Below are positions 51,728 to 62,322 of a DNA stretch of 64,000 nucleotides, one piece after another. Under the pieces are notes generated by a model. That model was not told the DNA's origin, made no database searches, and saw only the letters and a program-made list of their open reading frames with translations. Positions within the stretch are counted from its first letter, which is position 1. Each line of letters opens with the position of its first letter. The position numbers were made by a program, and so were the translations under genes. The stretch comes from Anthoceros angustus (lineage: Eukaryota > Plantae > Anthocerotophyta), in contig MU008158.1 in NCBI GenBank assembly GCA_010909165.1, positions 2,815,478-2,879,477 on the forward strand. The letters are read 5' to 3'.

Positions 51728-54700
51728 ATGCAGCTGCCTAATGGCTTTTGTGGGACGAGCTTCCGCTCGCCTGACTTCAAGCAACTGCCGGGCACTGACA
51801 AACAAGGAAGCCGTCAGGTGCAGCTTTGCAAGAATGAGGAAACCAGGCGCTCGCCTGAAGTCCGGGGTTCGGAATCTCCGGAGGTTCTGTGTGTGAACTT
51901 ATATCGGCCGGCTTGGGTGGATGCTGCTCTGGAATTCCAGGTGGATCGTCGTGCCTCCAAAGGCAAGCGGAGCTTGCCGGGTGATGCTGACCCTCACGGG
52001 CCTGCAGGGTACGGAGGGGGCGTAACGGATGAGACCGTGAGCAGGCTATGTCATCAGGACTGTCTCTATGAGGCTGTTGAGGCATTGGGAGTTCTGGTGC
52101 AGACGGACTGTTTTGGTGTTTCCAAACCTCTCTTTTACACTGTTCTGAAGCAATGTGCAGCCAAGAAGGATATTGTTCTGGGTCGCCGCGTCCATGCTTT
52201 CACGGTGAAAAGCGGGTACCAGTCGGACACGTTCCTGTGCAACCACGTCCTGCGAATGTATGCTTCTCATGGCAGGTTGCAAGAGGCGATGGATGTGTTC
52301 ACCGTGGTTGCCCAACCAGATGCTTTCATGTGGTCTTCTGTAATTGCGGCCCACGTTAAGCACGGGCAGGACAAGCAGGCCATACAACTGTACCGGCAGA
52401 TGCGCAGGTCACGTGTGAAGCCAGATGGGCATGTATTTGTGGCAGCCCTTCAGGCTTGTGGAATGGGAGGAGACTTGAAAACTGGGCAGGAACTGCATGC
52501 TGATGTGCTGGCTAGTGGCGTGGAGCCTGATTTATTTGTATCTAGTTGTTTGGTGGACATGTATGCGAAGTGTGGCAGCTTGGAAGACGCTCAAAGACTG
52601 TTTGACTGTCTTGGACATAAGAATGTGGTAACGTGGAATGCCCTCCTAGCAGGGTATTCCCAGCAGGGCATGGGGCAAGAAGCACTTCGGCTCCACGGTG
52701 CTATGCAAGAAGAAGGCAATGTCGTACCTGATTCCGTGACATTTGTATGCCTCCTGCGGGCATGTGCAATTGTGGGTCCCCCAGCGTTGGAGAAGGGGAA
52801 GGAGCTTCATGCACAAATCAGAGAACTAGGATATCAAACTGATGTGGTTGTAGCCGGCAGTTTGTTGAACATGTATGCCAAGTGTGGCAGCTTGGAAGAC
52901 GCTCAGAGACTGTTTGACGGACTTGGCCAGAAAGATGTGGTGACATGGACTGCCCTAATTGCAGGATATTCCCAGCAGGGCATGGGCCAGGAAGCCCTTC
53001 GTCTCTACAGTGCTATGCAAGAAGGCAAGGCTATACCCGACTCTGTGACGTTTGTGTGCCTCCTGCAGGCGTGTGCAAGTGTGGGCTCCCCAGCTTTGCA
53101 GGACGGAATACAGCTTCATATGCAAATTAGAGAACAAGGGCATGAGGCCGATGTGTTTGTGGCCAGCAGTTTGGTAAATATGTATGCCAAGTGTGGCAGC
53201 TTGGAAGGTGCTCAGAGGGTGTTTGACGGACTTGGTCTAAAAGAGGTGGTAACTTGGAATGCCATGATAGCAGGGTACTCTCAGCAGGGCAACGGGCAGC
53301 AAGCCCTCCATCTCTACAGTGCTATGCAAGAAGAAGGCACCACTCTTGCCAATGCTGTTACCTTTGTGTGCCTGCTGCAGGCATGTGCCCACATGGGCAC
53401 CCCGGCTTTGGAGGAGGGTAAGCAGCTTCATGCACAAATTAGAAAACAAGGACACCAAGCTGATGTGTTTGTAGCCAACAGTTTGGTGAACATGTACGCA
53501 AAGTGTGGCAGCTTGGAGGACGCTCAGAGAGTGTTTGATGGGCTTGGTCAAAAGGATGTAGTGTCGTGGACTGCTCTAATTGCAGGATACTCCAATCAGG
53601 GCCGTGGCCAGGAAGCGCTTGATCTGTACAGTACTATGCACGAAGAGGGCATGGTTGTACCTGATTCTGTGACATTTCTGTGCCTTCTGCAGGCATGTGC
53701 GATTGTGGGCACCCTAGCTTTGGGGATCGGGAAGCAGCTTCATGCGCAAATTCGAGAGCACGGACATCAAACCGATGTATTTGTAGCCAACAGTTTGGTG
53801 TACATGTATGCAAATTGTGGTAGCCTAGAGGATGCTCGTAGAGTATTTGATGGTCTTGCACAAAAAGATGTCGTAACTTGGAATGCCATGATAGCAGGAT
53901 ATTCCCAGCAGGGCATGGGCCAGGAAGCGCTCTCTCTCTACAGTGCTATGGAAAGCGATGGCATTTCTGTGCCCAGTTCCGTGACATTTGTCTGCCTCCT
54001 GCAGGCATGTTCAAATGCGGCAGCGTTGCATCTAGGAAGGCAGCTACATGCACAGATTGACGAACAGGGACTTCGAGCTGATGTGATTATAGCTGGCAGT
54101 TTGATAAACATGTATGCAAAATCTGGGAGCATGGTTGATGCACAGCAGGTCTTTGAGGAATTGCCCGCAAGAAATATTGTCGCCTGGAATGCGCTGATTG
54201 CAGGATACAGCCATCAAGGAGACAGCAGTAAGGTCTTCGACTTGGTTAGCAAAATGAGAGAGGATGACATCCAGCCAGATGGCATTACGCTCCTTAGTGT
54301 ACTATTAGCATGCAGCCATGCGGGTCTGGTTAGCAAGGGGCGACAGTACTTTGAGGATATGAGCAAACACTATGGGATCCTCCCCACAGTGGAGCACTAC
54401 ACATGCATGGTGGATCTCCTGGGCCGTGCGGGTCGACTGGATGAGGCAGTTGCTCTGGTAAGGACAATGCCTGTAGTGGCTGATGCTGCAATCTGGCACA
54501 ATCTGTTGGGTGCTTGCCAAAAATGGAGCAACGTGGAGTCAGGACGCCATGCTTTTGACCAAGCGGTTAAGCTAGACCAGAAAGATGCTGCAGCGTATGT
54601 CTTGATGTGGAACATTTACAATGATGCCGAAATGTGGGAGCAGGCACAGGAGGTGCAGGCGAGGAGAAAACGAATCAGGGCATGGAAGCAGCCGGGTCAG

Positions 54701-54829
54701 AGCTACTGGACAGACATGGACGGACTAGTGCACAGTTTTTTGGTCGGGAATAAGGGTTCGCCCTGCAAGGTTGGACGAGGGCTCTCCAAAAATGGAGTGA
54801 TTAGTGCCCTCGTTAAGTACAGGTGGTGA
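51728..54829 (+). CDS. PLS-class PPR protein, 23 PPR motifs plus E1, E2 and PG box (E+ type, no DYW deaminase); intronless
   Basis: Regular P-L-S triplets (MYAKCGSLEDA; VVTWNALIAGY; VTFVCLLQAC), P2-L2-S2 (LLACSHAGLV; EHYTCMVDLLGRAG), then WKQPGQSYWTDMDGLVHSFLVG; no HxE/CxxC follows. Confidence 0.95.
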   Translation: MQLPNGFCGTSFRSPDFKQLPGTDKQGSRQVQLCKNEETRRSPEVRGSESPEVLCVNLYRPAWVDAALEFQVDRRASKGKRSLPGDADPHGPAGYGGGVTDETVSRLCHQDCLYEAVEALGVLVQTDCFGVSKPLFYTVLKQCAAKKDIVLGRRVHAFTVKSGYQSDTFLCNHVLRMYASHGRLQEAMDVFTVVAQPDAFMWSSVIAAHVKHGQDKQAIQLYRQMRRSRVKPDGHVFVAALQACGMGGDLKTGQELHADVLASGVEPDLFVSSCLVDMYAKCGSLEDAQRLFDCLGHKNVVTWNALLAGYSQQGMGQEALRLHGAMQEEGNVVPDSVTFVCLLRACAIVGPPALEKGKELHAQIRELGYQTDVVVAGSLLNMYAKCGSLEDAQRLFDGLGQKDVVTWTALIAGYSQQGMGQEALRLYSAMQEGKAIPDSVTFVCLLQACASVGSPALQDGIQLHMQIREQGHEADVFVASSLVNMYAKCGSLEGAQRVFDGLGLKEVVTWNAMIAGYSQQGNGQQALHLYSAMQEEGTTLANAVTFVCLLQACAHMGTPALEEGKQLHAQIRKQGHQADVFVANSLVNMYAKCGSLEDAQRVFDGLGQKDVVSWTALIAGYSNQGRGQEALDLYSTMHEEGMVVPDSVTFLCLLQACAIVGTLALGIGKQLHAQIREHGHQTDVFVANSLVYMYANCGSLEDARRVFDGLAQKDVVTWNAMIAGYSQQGMGQEALSLYSAMESDGISVPSSVTFVCLLQACSNAAALHLGRQLHAQIDEQGLRADVIIAGSLINMYAKSGSMVDAQQVFEELPARNIVAWNALIAGYSHQGDSSKVFDLVSKMREDDIQPDGITLLSVLLACSHAGLVSKGRQYFEDMSKHYGILPTVEHYTCMVDLLGRAGRLDEAVALVRTMPVVADAAIWHNLLGACQKWSNVESGRHAFDQAVKLDQKDAAAYVLMWNIYNDAEMWEQAQEVQARRKRIRAWKQPGQSYWTDMDGLVHSFLVGNKGSPCKVGRGLSKNGVISALVKYRW

Positions 54830-55154
54830 GGTGTCATACGTGACCGTCTCACAGATCTCCTAGCGTGCTTCAAGTTGTGGTACCATAGTAAGCCTGCAGT
54901 AACACAATTCTGACCGAAAGTAGACGGCGGCCGACTGTTTATCGGAATTCAGGTACAGGGGGATTGTAAATATAGTGCAAACAACATACAGATCTCTTGC
55001 CTATCTACACGTTAAGCAGGTTATCTGCACAGGCAATTCCGGTTTGTCTTGTTGGACCATCCGCTGCCAGATGATCTGTCCTGCCTCCATGCGGAATGAC
55101 ATGCAGCATCCAGCGGTGAACCTTCGTGCCGATAGGGTTCACTAGACCAGATGT

Positions 55155-55800
55155 TCATACACCAGACTGCTGCATGGAAAGGCATCTTTTTTAAGTCATG
55201 ATCTAACCTCTGCATGAAGCTGCTTCCCCTGCGTCAAAGCCAGGCGCCAACACATGAACAAGCCTGCAGCAGGCTTACAAAGTCACAGAATTCGTTGTAA
55301 AAGAGCCTTCCTCCTGCATAGCCCTGTAAAGCTTGAGGGACTCCCTGCCCCATGCCCTTCTGCGAGTAGCTTCATCTCGTGGCACTCCATGTCACCAGCT
55401 TTCTGAGGCATCCTGCCAAATTCTCTTCCAGTGTAGTCCAAGCTGCCACGCTTTGCATACTTTGTCCATGAAGCAACTACAGACTAACAGATCCGGCTCC
55501 AAGCCACACATGCACCTGCTGCCTAGATTGAAGCTTGGAGGGCCGCTCCAAAGATAGGGCTATCGGGCTCCACACTTCACCTGCGCATCCGATGATACAG
55601 ACCAAGAGCTCCCTGCCTTTTGCCCCTTTTGGAAGTTTTCTACAAACATCTCACGTCAACACACCTTTCTTAGGAATCTCGTCAAACAACCCCCGAGCAT
55701 CCTGTGAGCTGCCATACTTCGCGCATGTCTACCAGACATTTGCTTCAAGGACTTGTTCTCTGGTCTGTGCAAGCAGCTGCTTTCCCTTCGCCAGCAGGTG
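55155..55800 (-). pseudogene. Degenerate PLS-PPR pseudogene, convergent with the intact PPR gene
   Basis: Manual minus-strand translation across frameshifts: KGKQLLAQTREQVLEA / LVDM..AKYGSSQDARGLFD / ALGLYHRMRR*SVEPDSPIFGAALQA / GLEPDLLVCSCFMD..YAKRGSLD / VTWSA..YSQKGMGQ..LKLYRAMQEEG..NSVT..VSLLQAC / QGKQLHAEVR. Confidence 0.88.
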
Positions 55801-56378
55801 CCTCCACTGGGAGTCCAGATGCCGAAAAAGTGCAGCCGGCGGGTCGTCCCACAGAATCTCGCGCCGGGGTCATCCTCCCCCCCGCCACCCGTGGCTGTCC
55901 GGAGGCAAGGTATTCTAGATAGCTCTCGCTCATTTTCACTAGGGGAAATCAGCGATTGGCAAAAATCCACATCATCCGTTCTCCCTAGTTCCGGCATGAG
56001 TTGTACCACGAGGCCTTTCAACATTTCTAAGTCGCCACAAGCCAACTTGGGCAGATGCAAGTATACTGTTCTCCGAAATCCAATTGCATCTTGTATCATG
56101 AACCTGACCCTAGCATGCCAGCAGATAGTTATCTGGAAGGGTTGGTCATAATGGCTATCTCCGTTGCAACATTATGGCTACGATACGTCCCCCAAGGCCC
56201 CGCCCCCACCCTCATCCGGACCACCGTGGCAGTTAGCACCTGGGAGCTCCTGCCACGTTTTGTCGTGGATGTAGGCAGTCACAACAAAAAATGTGGTTCC
56301 GCTGTGAACATCTTCAAACATGCTTCACAGAAGAAGTAATCAGAGAGGTTCTGATAGAGACTAGAACGCTTCTTGACA

Positions 56379-58358
56379 CTACCACTCCTCAATCTCATCT
56401 TCGTCTTGCCCTTCAAAGAGAGGGGAAGGCGCTAGATTCCTGCTAGTGTCACTGTCGACTCCCAAAACTCTGAAGTTAGGTATGTCCGCTGCCATCCCTT
56501 CATCTTCTTGACTGGTGATGATATCTTCTGCAAATGAGCTACTGGGATCAGCAAGCAGGGTTGCTCTTTGACACATTGGGGAATACCTGATAGAAAGTAA
56601 AGACAGCCGCTGGGAGAACGGGCGAATCTCAGAAGCAATCACGCTTGCACTGGACAAACTCAAGAACCCATCACTTGACAACCTCTGTGCCCATATGTCG
56701 GCCTTGACCTTGGCCATGCTCTTCTCAACCTGCCACAAAGCTGGTGACCTTAAAGCTTGCCACTTTCTGGGGGCTGGATGAGCATTGCCAAAGAGAACAC
56801 CGCGGCCCGCCACAGAACCTGCTGCTGCTCCACATATGTCGCGAGCATCTATGTGATCTGCCTGCGACATGAGACACTTTATCTGCCAGCTTCCCTTCAT
56901 TCCTAGCAATAGATCGCTGGAACTGAAGTAAGCAGCCACATCTGCCACATCATCGATTGCCTCCTCGTCAATGAAGTCCGTCATGTTCTCCTGCAGAAAG
57001 GCAAGAACCTTTCTACTTTCAACAGATGCTCGCGCTAGAACAGTTTCAGGCTCTTCCATGTCTAAGGACAGTCTCCGGAACGGATACGAGAGACTAAACT
57101 TGAAACCAGTCTCAGAATGCAGCCTTGCCTCATCACCATGTTGCCTCTTATTGTAAAGCAGCTTTCCCAAAGCATGGAACAGGGCAAGGCTACAATCTCG
57201 ACCAAGATTCAAGCTTGGTCTCAAATGGGAAAGCGAGGCGTGGTCGGGGCTGGCTGACATCAAGTGCTTATCTCCATTTCTTACCCGGGCCCTTGGTGCT
57301 TTACTGCTGCTGCCTTCGGCCTTACGGGCAACCCTGCGATGCCCGTGGCTGTCAGGCTCATCCTGGTGAAAGCCAACACAAAGGAACTGTAGACATGTCA
57401 ATGCACTCCTCACGTCACCCCCGCAACTTTGTGCTATCGCCGACAGCACCTCCAATGGCACCTTGTATCTCTCATACCCGGCGACTCTGACAAGTAACTT
57501 GTTCATCACGGTGACTGCTACTGGATTGAAAGCTATTGTGGTGACTCCTTCACAATCAAAAGTCCGCTGAATCTCCAGCATGACTCGATACATGTCCCCT
57601 GTGCCTCCACTTTCAGCTGCTTCAGTCATCACCACAACCGTGGGGAAATGAGTGGTCAGGAGAGTGTACCGAAGGGCATGCATCAAACGAGCCTTTTCTT
57701 GAATCCCTGCAACCATTGGAAAGTCGTCTATGAGGAGGACCTTCCCTGCAGCTCCGTAACCAGAGCTGCTCAAAGCCAAACCCTCTGTGGAGATGGGCAG
57801 GGACGGATACGTTTTGGAGATATCCAAAAACGCTACGAATTCGTCCAGTTTGGAGACATAAGGCAGGCGCATGACACCGTTGTGCAAATGCTCCTGCCAT
57901 AGCGTGGGAACCGGCGCGGTCCACTCCAAGAGCTGAAACCCTATAACATCTGCCAGTACATGCACGACCGAGGATTTACCAGCGCCCGGGGGCCCCGTTA
58001 GCAGCAGAACAGGGAGACCCGCAGAAGCGGCAGAAGTAAGCTGGTTTTCCAGCCAAGCTCGGACTTCTGCCACCTTTCTCGCATGCACCACAAGATCTGC
58101 CAATGTCCGCGGAGCATACTTAGCATCCCAAGCTGCTGGTTGGCCTTCGTCACTCCTTGCGGCATTGCCGAGATAGTCCGGCTTGGAGGTTGCTGGTTGG
58201 CTTAGAGATGCTACCGGAGTGAAGGGGAGTGCAGCCCAATTCCCCGTGATGTCTTGGACAGCTGTGCCATAACCAGGTGCGCGAGTTTGATGCAGGGAGT
58301 CGTCGGCTTCATTGTCGGAAGTGACCACCAGCTTACGCTCACGCTTGCGCTTCACCAT
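56379..58358 (-). CDS. RAD17: Cell-cycle checkpoint clamp loader RAD17, intronless
   Basis: WDAKYAPRTLADLVVHARKVAEVRAWL, Walker A LLLTGPPGAGKS, VLLIDDFP, IAFNPVA, GDVRSAL, GRDCSLALFHALGKLLYNKR, acidic tail DEDEIEEW. Confidence 0.93.
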   Translation of the reverse strand: MVKRKRERKLVVTSDNEADDSLHQTRAPGYGTAVQDITGNWAALPFTPVASLSQPATSKPDYLGNAARSDEGQPAAWDAKYAPRTLADLVVHARKVAEVRAWLENQLTSAASAGLPVLLLTGPPGAGKSSVVHVLADVIGFQLLEWTAPVPTLWQEHLHNGVMRLPYVSKLDEFVAFLDISKTYPSLPISTEGLALSSSGYGAAGKVLLIDDFPMVAGIQEKARLMHALRYTLLTTHFPTVVVMTEAAESGGTGDMYRVMLEIQRTFDCEGVTTIAFNPVAVTVMNKLLVRVAGYERYKVPLEVLSAIAQSCGGDVRSALTCLQFLCVGFHQDEPDSHGHRRVARKAEGSSSKAPRARVRNGDKHLMSASPDHASLSHLRPSLNLGRDCSLALFHALGKLLYNKRQHGDEARLHSETGFKFSLSYPFRRLSLDMEEPETVLARASVESRKVLAFLQENMTDFIDEEAIDDVADVAAYFSSSDLLLGMKGSWQIKCLMSQADHIDARDICGAAAGSVAGRGVLFGNAHPAPRKWQALRSPALWQVEKSMAKVKADIWAQRLSSDGFLSLSSASVIASEIRPFSQRLSLLSIRYSPMCQRATLLADPSSSFAEDIITSQEDEGMAADIPNFRVLGVDSDTSRNLAPSPLFEGQDEDEIEEW

Positions 58359-61300
58359 ACCATGGGTTGTCTGTCTCTTGAGACAAAGCTTCAAACAAAT
58401 ATCAGGCCTGCAACTGCGTCGGTCCGTTGTGGCAAGCCAGCATGAAGATTCTTCCACCAACCCTACCGCGGGCGTGCATGTTCATTTGTTCATGTTGCGC
58501 GAAGCAGACCTATGTAGTATACTTGAAAAGCTCACGACTGTTTGAAGCCGTCACCATCCTGACTGTGGGTACCGCACCGGCTGAATATAAAATAGCGAAC
58601 CAGCAACCTCCAAGCGGCCCAAGAGTGTAGGGAAAAAGTTATTTAGATGTTATTGACGCGGTTAACAGTTGGAACTCTAAATCTCTGATTCTATGCTCGC
58701 TCGCCAATATGATTTTCTCGTCAATATAGCTTCCTCCTTTACCAAGGGCGCAGGGGACACTGGCGGAGGAGGGAGAAGTAGTGTGAAGCCAATATGGCTT
58801 CATTTTAGTGCGATATGACTCTCTCGCTCACACGCTAGTCCATATATGGCGTCTTTGTCGCGCTCTGAAGTAGCATAGCTACCATGGCCATGCTAGGCAC
58901 TATACGAAGGCAAAGGGGGAAGCCTGAAGGCTTTGTACTTTGGATGAGCCTGCAAAATAGGCTCATCCCAAGATCTCCGGTCAGTGAGAAGCCCAAAAAA
59001 TAGACTAATTGTCCTAGTAACAACAGAAAAAAAAAACCAAGACAAATAGGCAAAATCCTAATCCTGCGATCAAAGAAAAAGGAACCCTAGCTCTTTTGAG
59101 ATGCTTTGCTACAACAAACACAATGCATGGAAGAAAGACAAGGTGTGGGACAAGTATCTCTGTCTCTTATTATCTCAAAGATCATCTATCCCAAGGCAGA
59201 CATGTGCAAATCCAAGTTTGAATGAGTCCACGACTCCTACATACGTGCAAATCCAAGTTTAAAAGGATCCATAGCTCCTAAGATATAGCCTTACGTTGTC
59301 TTAGGCTGTCTTTATGTCTTGCTAGCAATTATCTTCATCTCAATCATCCTGCTAAATATTCCTCTCTATTCTTTAAATATCTATTCTATAGATATTACTT
59401 GCCCTTTTTATATTTATCCTAATATATAGAATTAATCTAAATATCTATCGACAAATCCTTATGTTCATGTCCTCCCATTGTGCCACATGTCATCCATCAT
59501 CCACATGCCACATGTCGCCCTCTCCTAGCGGGGTGTGAAGAATCACACCCCGCCTCACACCCCAAATGCGAGGGCATCAACCAGTCGGTGAGCATCTTCT
59601 CTGGTCATGTTTGGGTTCCGTTTGGAAAGCTACCGAATCGCCTAGGCGCCAAGGGATGTTTGATGCTTGCAAGCATCAAACATCTCGGGTTCAATTAAGA
59701 ATGGGATCTCCCAATTCACTAGAGATGGAGAATGCTCGCAATAGCTGCAATAGCTTCTTGGTGTTTAGATAATGATTTGCTTTGCCAAGTGGATTGGAGC
59801 GGAGCAACTCTACCGCAAACAACTCGGTCAGAGTCTACTCTCGCTTGTTCTCAAGATCGTAGTTATCTCAGGACTTCTAATCAAAGTCATCTTCATTTCC
59901 CTTATTCCTATCCACTACTCTGATAATCTAGCATAAAGTTACACACGATTCCGTGCCACTGTGGTTACCCATTATAGACAACAGATTATAGCGTTTATTC
60001 CCATTTTGTAGATGCTACTCTTATCAGAAAACAAAAATGAATGAAGATGTCAAAGACTCTGGTTACGCGTCATAGACAACGCATTGTAGCGTTTGTTTCA
60101 CGCTCTGCAATATACCCCAGTTAATATGCCTAGATAATCCAGTGCAACCTCGCCTATCAACAACACATCAAAATGTCATTTATACTTTGCAACATATAGC
60201 AGTAGACCTAGGAAACCCATTGAGTTATCCATGGCTTTTTATCAAGCATCGTCAAGAGCATGTATCTACATTTTACAACGTACTAGAAGAGCATGCCCAA
60301 GAAAGCCTTCATGCCCCGCACTAGGTCGAAGCTTTGATACTAAGGGAAAGCAATTGGGGAGAAGCCTGACTAACCTCTTTACTTCACCTTGTTATCGAAC
60401 CTATTGCGAGCCCAACATTTCTACAATAGAATCCTAACTTGAGAAATATTAAACTAAACCCTAAACATTTGCTGCAAAAGGATATTTTTTTTTAAATAAT
60501 GGAATGTGAGCATTAATAAGAAAACGCAAAGTTTGGTGGATAAGATGTGTAAAGAACTGAGCCAAATAGCCAAGCTAGGGCTGAGGCTGGAAGAGGTGCG
60601 AAAAAATCATATTTCCGTAGATGAAAATGAAATGGATATAAAAAAGAATATGAGCAAGTCCTCACTATGAATACGAAGGAGTTTCACCTCCACTAGTCCA
60701 CAACCGCAGCTTTTAAGGGAATTTCTTCCTAACAAGTATTAATGAAAATAGATCTAAGGGACGATAGTTCCTTATATGATACCGAGGTACATGCTATAGG
60801 GGCTAGAGATTGGGGCACTCTTTGTCAAATAGTTTATTTTCCTAAAAGATAAAAATTTAACTCTATCTAAATTGATTTTTATAATTTTAATAATAAAATA
60901 TTTTATTTTTTCTAGTTCAAAATTTGATGCATAATAGTATACTAAACACAATCTCTTGGAGAAGAAACTAATATGATGGTTGAAGAAGTTCAAATTAAAT
61001 TTTATTTATGTACTTGACCTCTCGCGCTAAAGAACTCACTCAAGGGAGTACGAGAAACTCACATGCCTGAGACGACAAAATTAGTTTCAAGGATCAATGG
61101 TTTAGTGACTACATGGTTCGAAATAGTAGTTAAAATGTTGCCTGCGCTAAGGAGGCGCTGGCTCGATCCCAGTGTTCCACCTGGCCCCCAAGCGCCGGAG
61201 AGGATGTCTTACATACTCGAAAGTTGGGATGGGCGGCGGAAGGGTGTGCAAGTGCGAAGGTCTGTGAATACTCTCCTTTGCAGGCTGTGCACGCTTTCGT

Positions 61301-62322
61301 TCCCTTGCCATTGAGACCCATGGGGCCATGGGTAAAGATTTCTCCAGGTTCATCAAGGCCTGTGCCAGGGCCTACTACGATCGCAGGAATAGGGCTGGCC
61401 TTCCCTTTCCAATATTATGGCTTTCTTTCGGCAACGAGTGTCCATCGCCTTCCAAAGGGCATTGGCCTACGCAGTGTATTGGACGTCAGCAAGTGCCGGG
61501 GAGGTGCCATGTTCGGTTCTTGTGATAGGTAGGCTCTTCCTTATCCCTGGCCACGACATTCTTGGTGTGGTACGTAGTCTCAAGATCGGCGATTGCAGAG
61601 GCTAGTCCCCTTTAGCCTGGTGCCTAAAGTGGGTTTTTCCCCCTTGCTACGGTCTAGATGAATTTCCTTATCTCTTTTTCTGCAATAAAATCTCCAACGC
61701 CTTGGCCTCGAAAGTTGGGTAATTCTTGCCTGGTATTAGGTCTGCCTAGTACTACGCCCTTTCAATAATGGCTTTTCTTGTTGTGGTCTTTTTGTCCATT
61801 TCACGTTTTTATTCCGTCCCCAATCATAATAGACTTTTCTTCATTCTTTGTGTTCAATTGATTTTCGCCTTGCCGATTAAGTGTGGACCTAGGTACGTAT
61901 TTGTAGGGTAAAACATTAAAAAGCTTGAACCCGTTGAGGCCGAAGTTGTCAAGCAGTGGCGGTTTATGGCAGAGAGCAGCGCGAAAAGTGGGAAGTAGCA
62001 CCTGACCTACTCGTAGAAGGCGTGGGTTCGGGCTTGATTGGTCTCCAGGAGTGGCGAGAAGGCCGCGGTGCTTGCTGCCATGAAAGGATATGGATGCCTC
62101 TAGGTGGTTGCTCATCTCGCGGGCCTGTGGTGGTTTGTCGTCGTGGCATTTGCGGTGCCCTGGCGTATGCTACAACATTTCTGTGTGGAAGCTGGATAAT
62201 CGTAGTTGCTATACCTCGGGCTTGGACATTCCACCTGCGCTGTCAACTTAGGGTTATCTGCAATGTGCGCGTCGTAGCGGGGACGCCGGGTGGATTGGGG
62301 AAGCAGCTGGCCAATCTCAGCC

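Noticed and set aside
55656-56151. 147-aa and 132-aa ORFs as novel genes
   Set aside because: They partly overlap the PPR pseudogene out of frame and show no domain signal.
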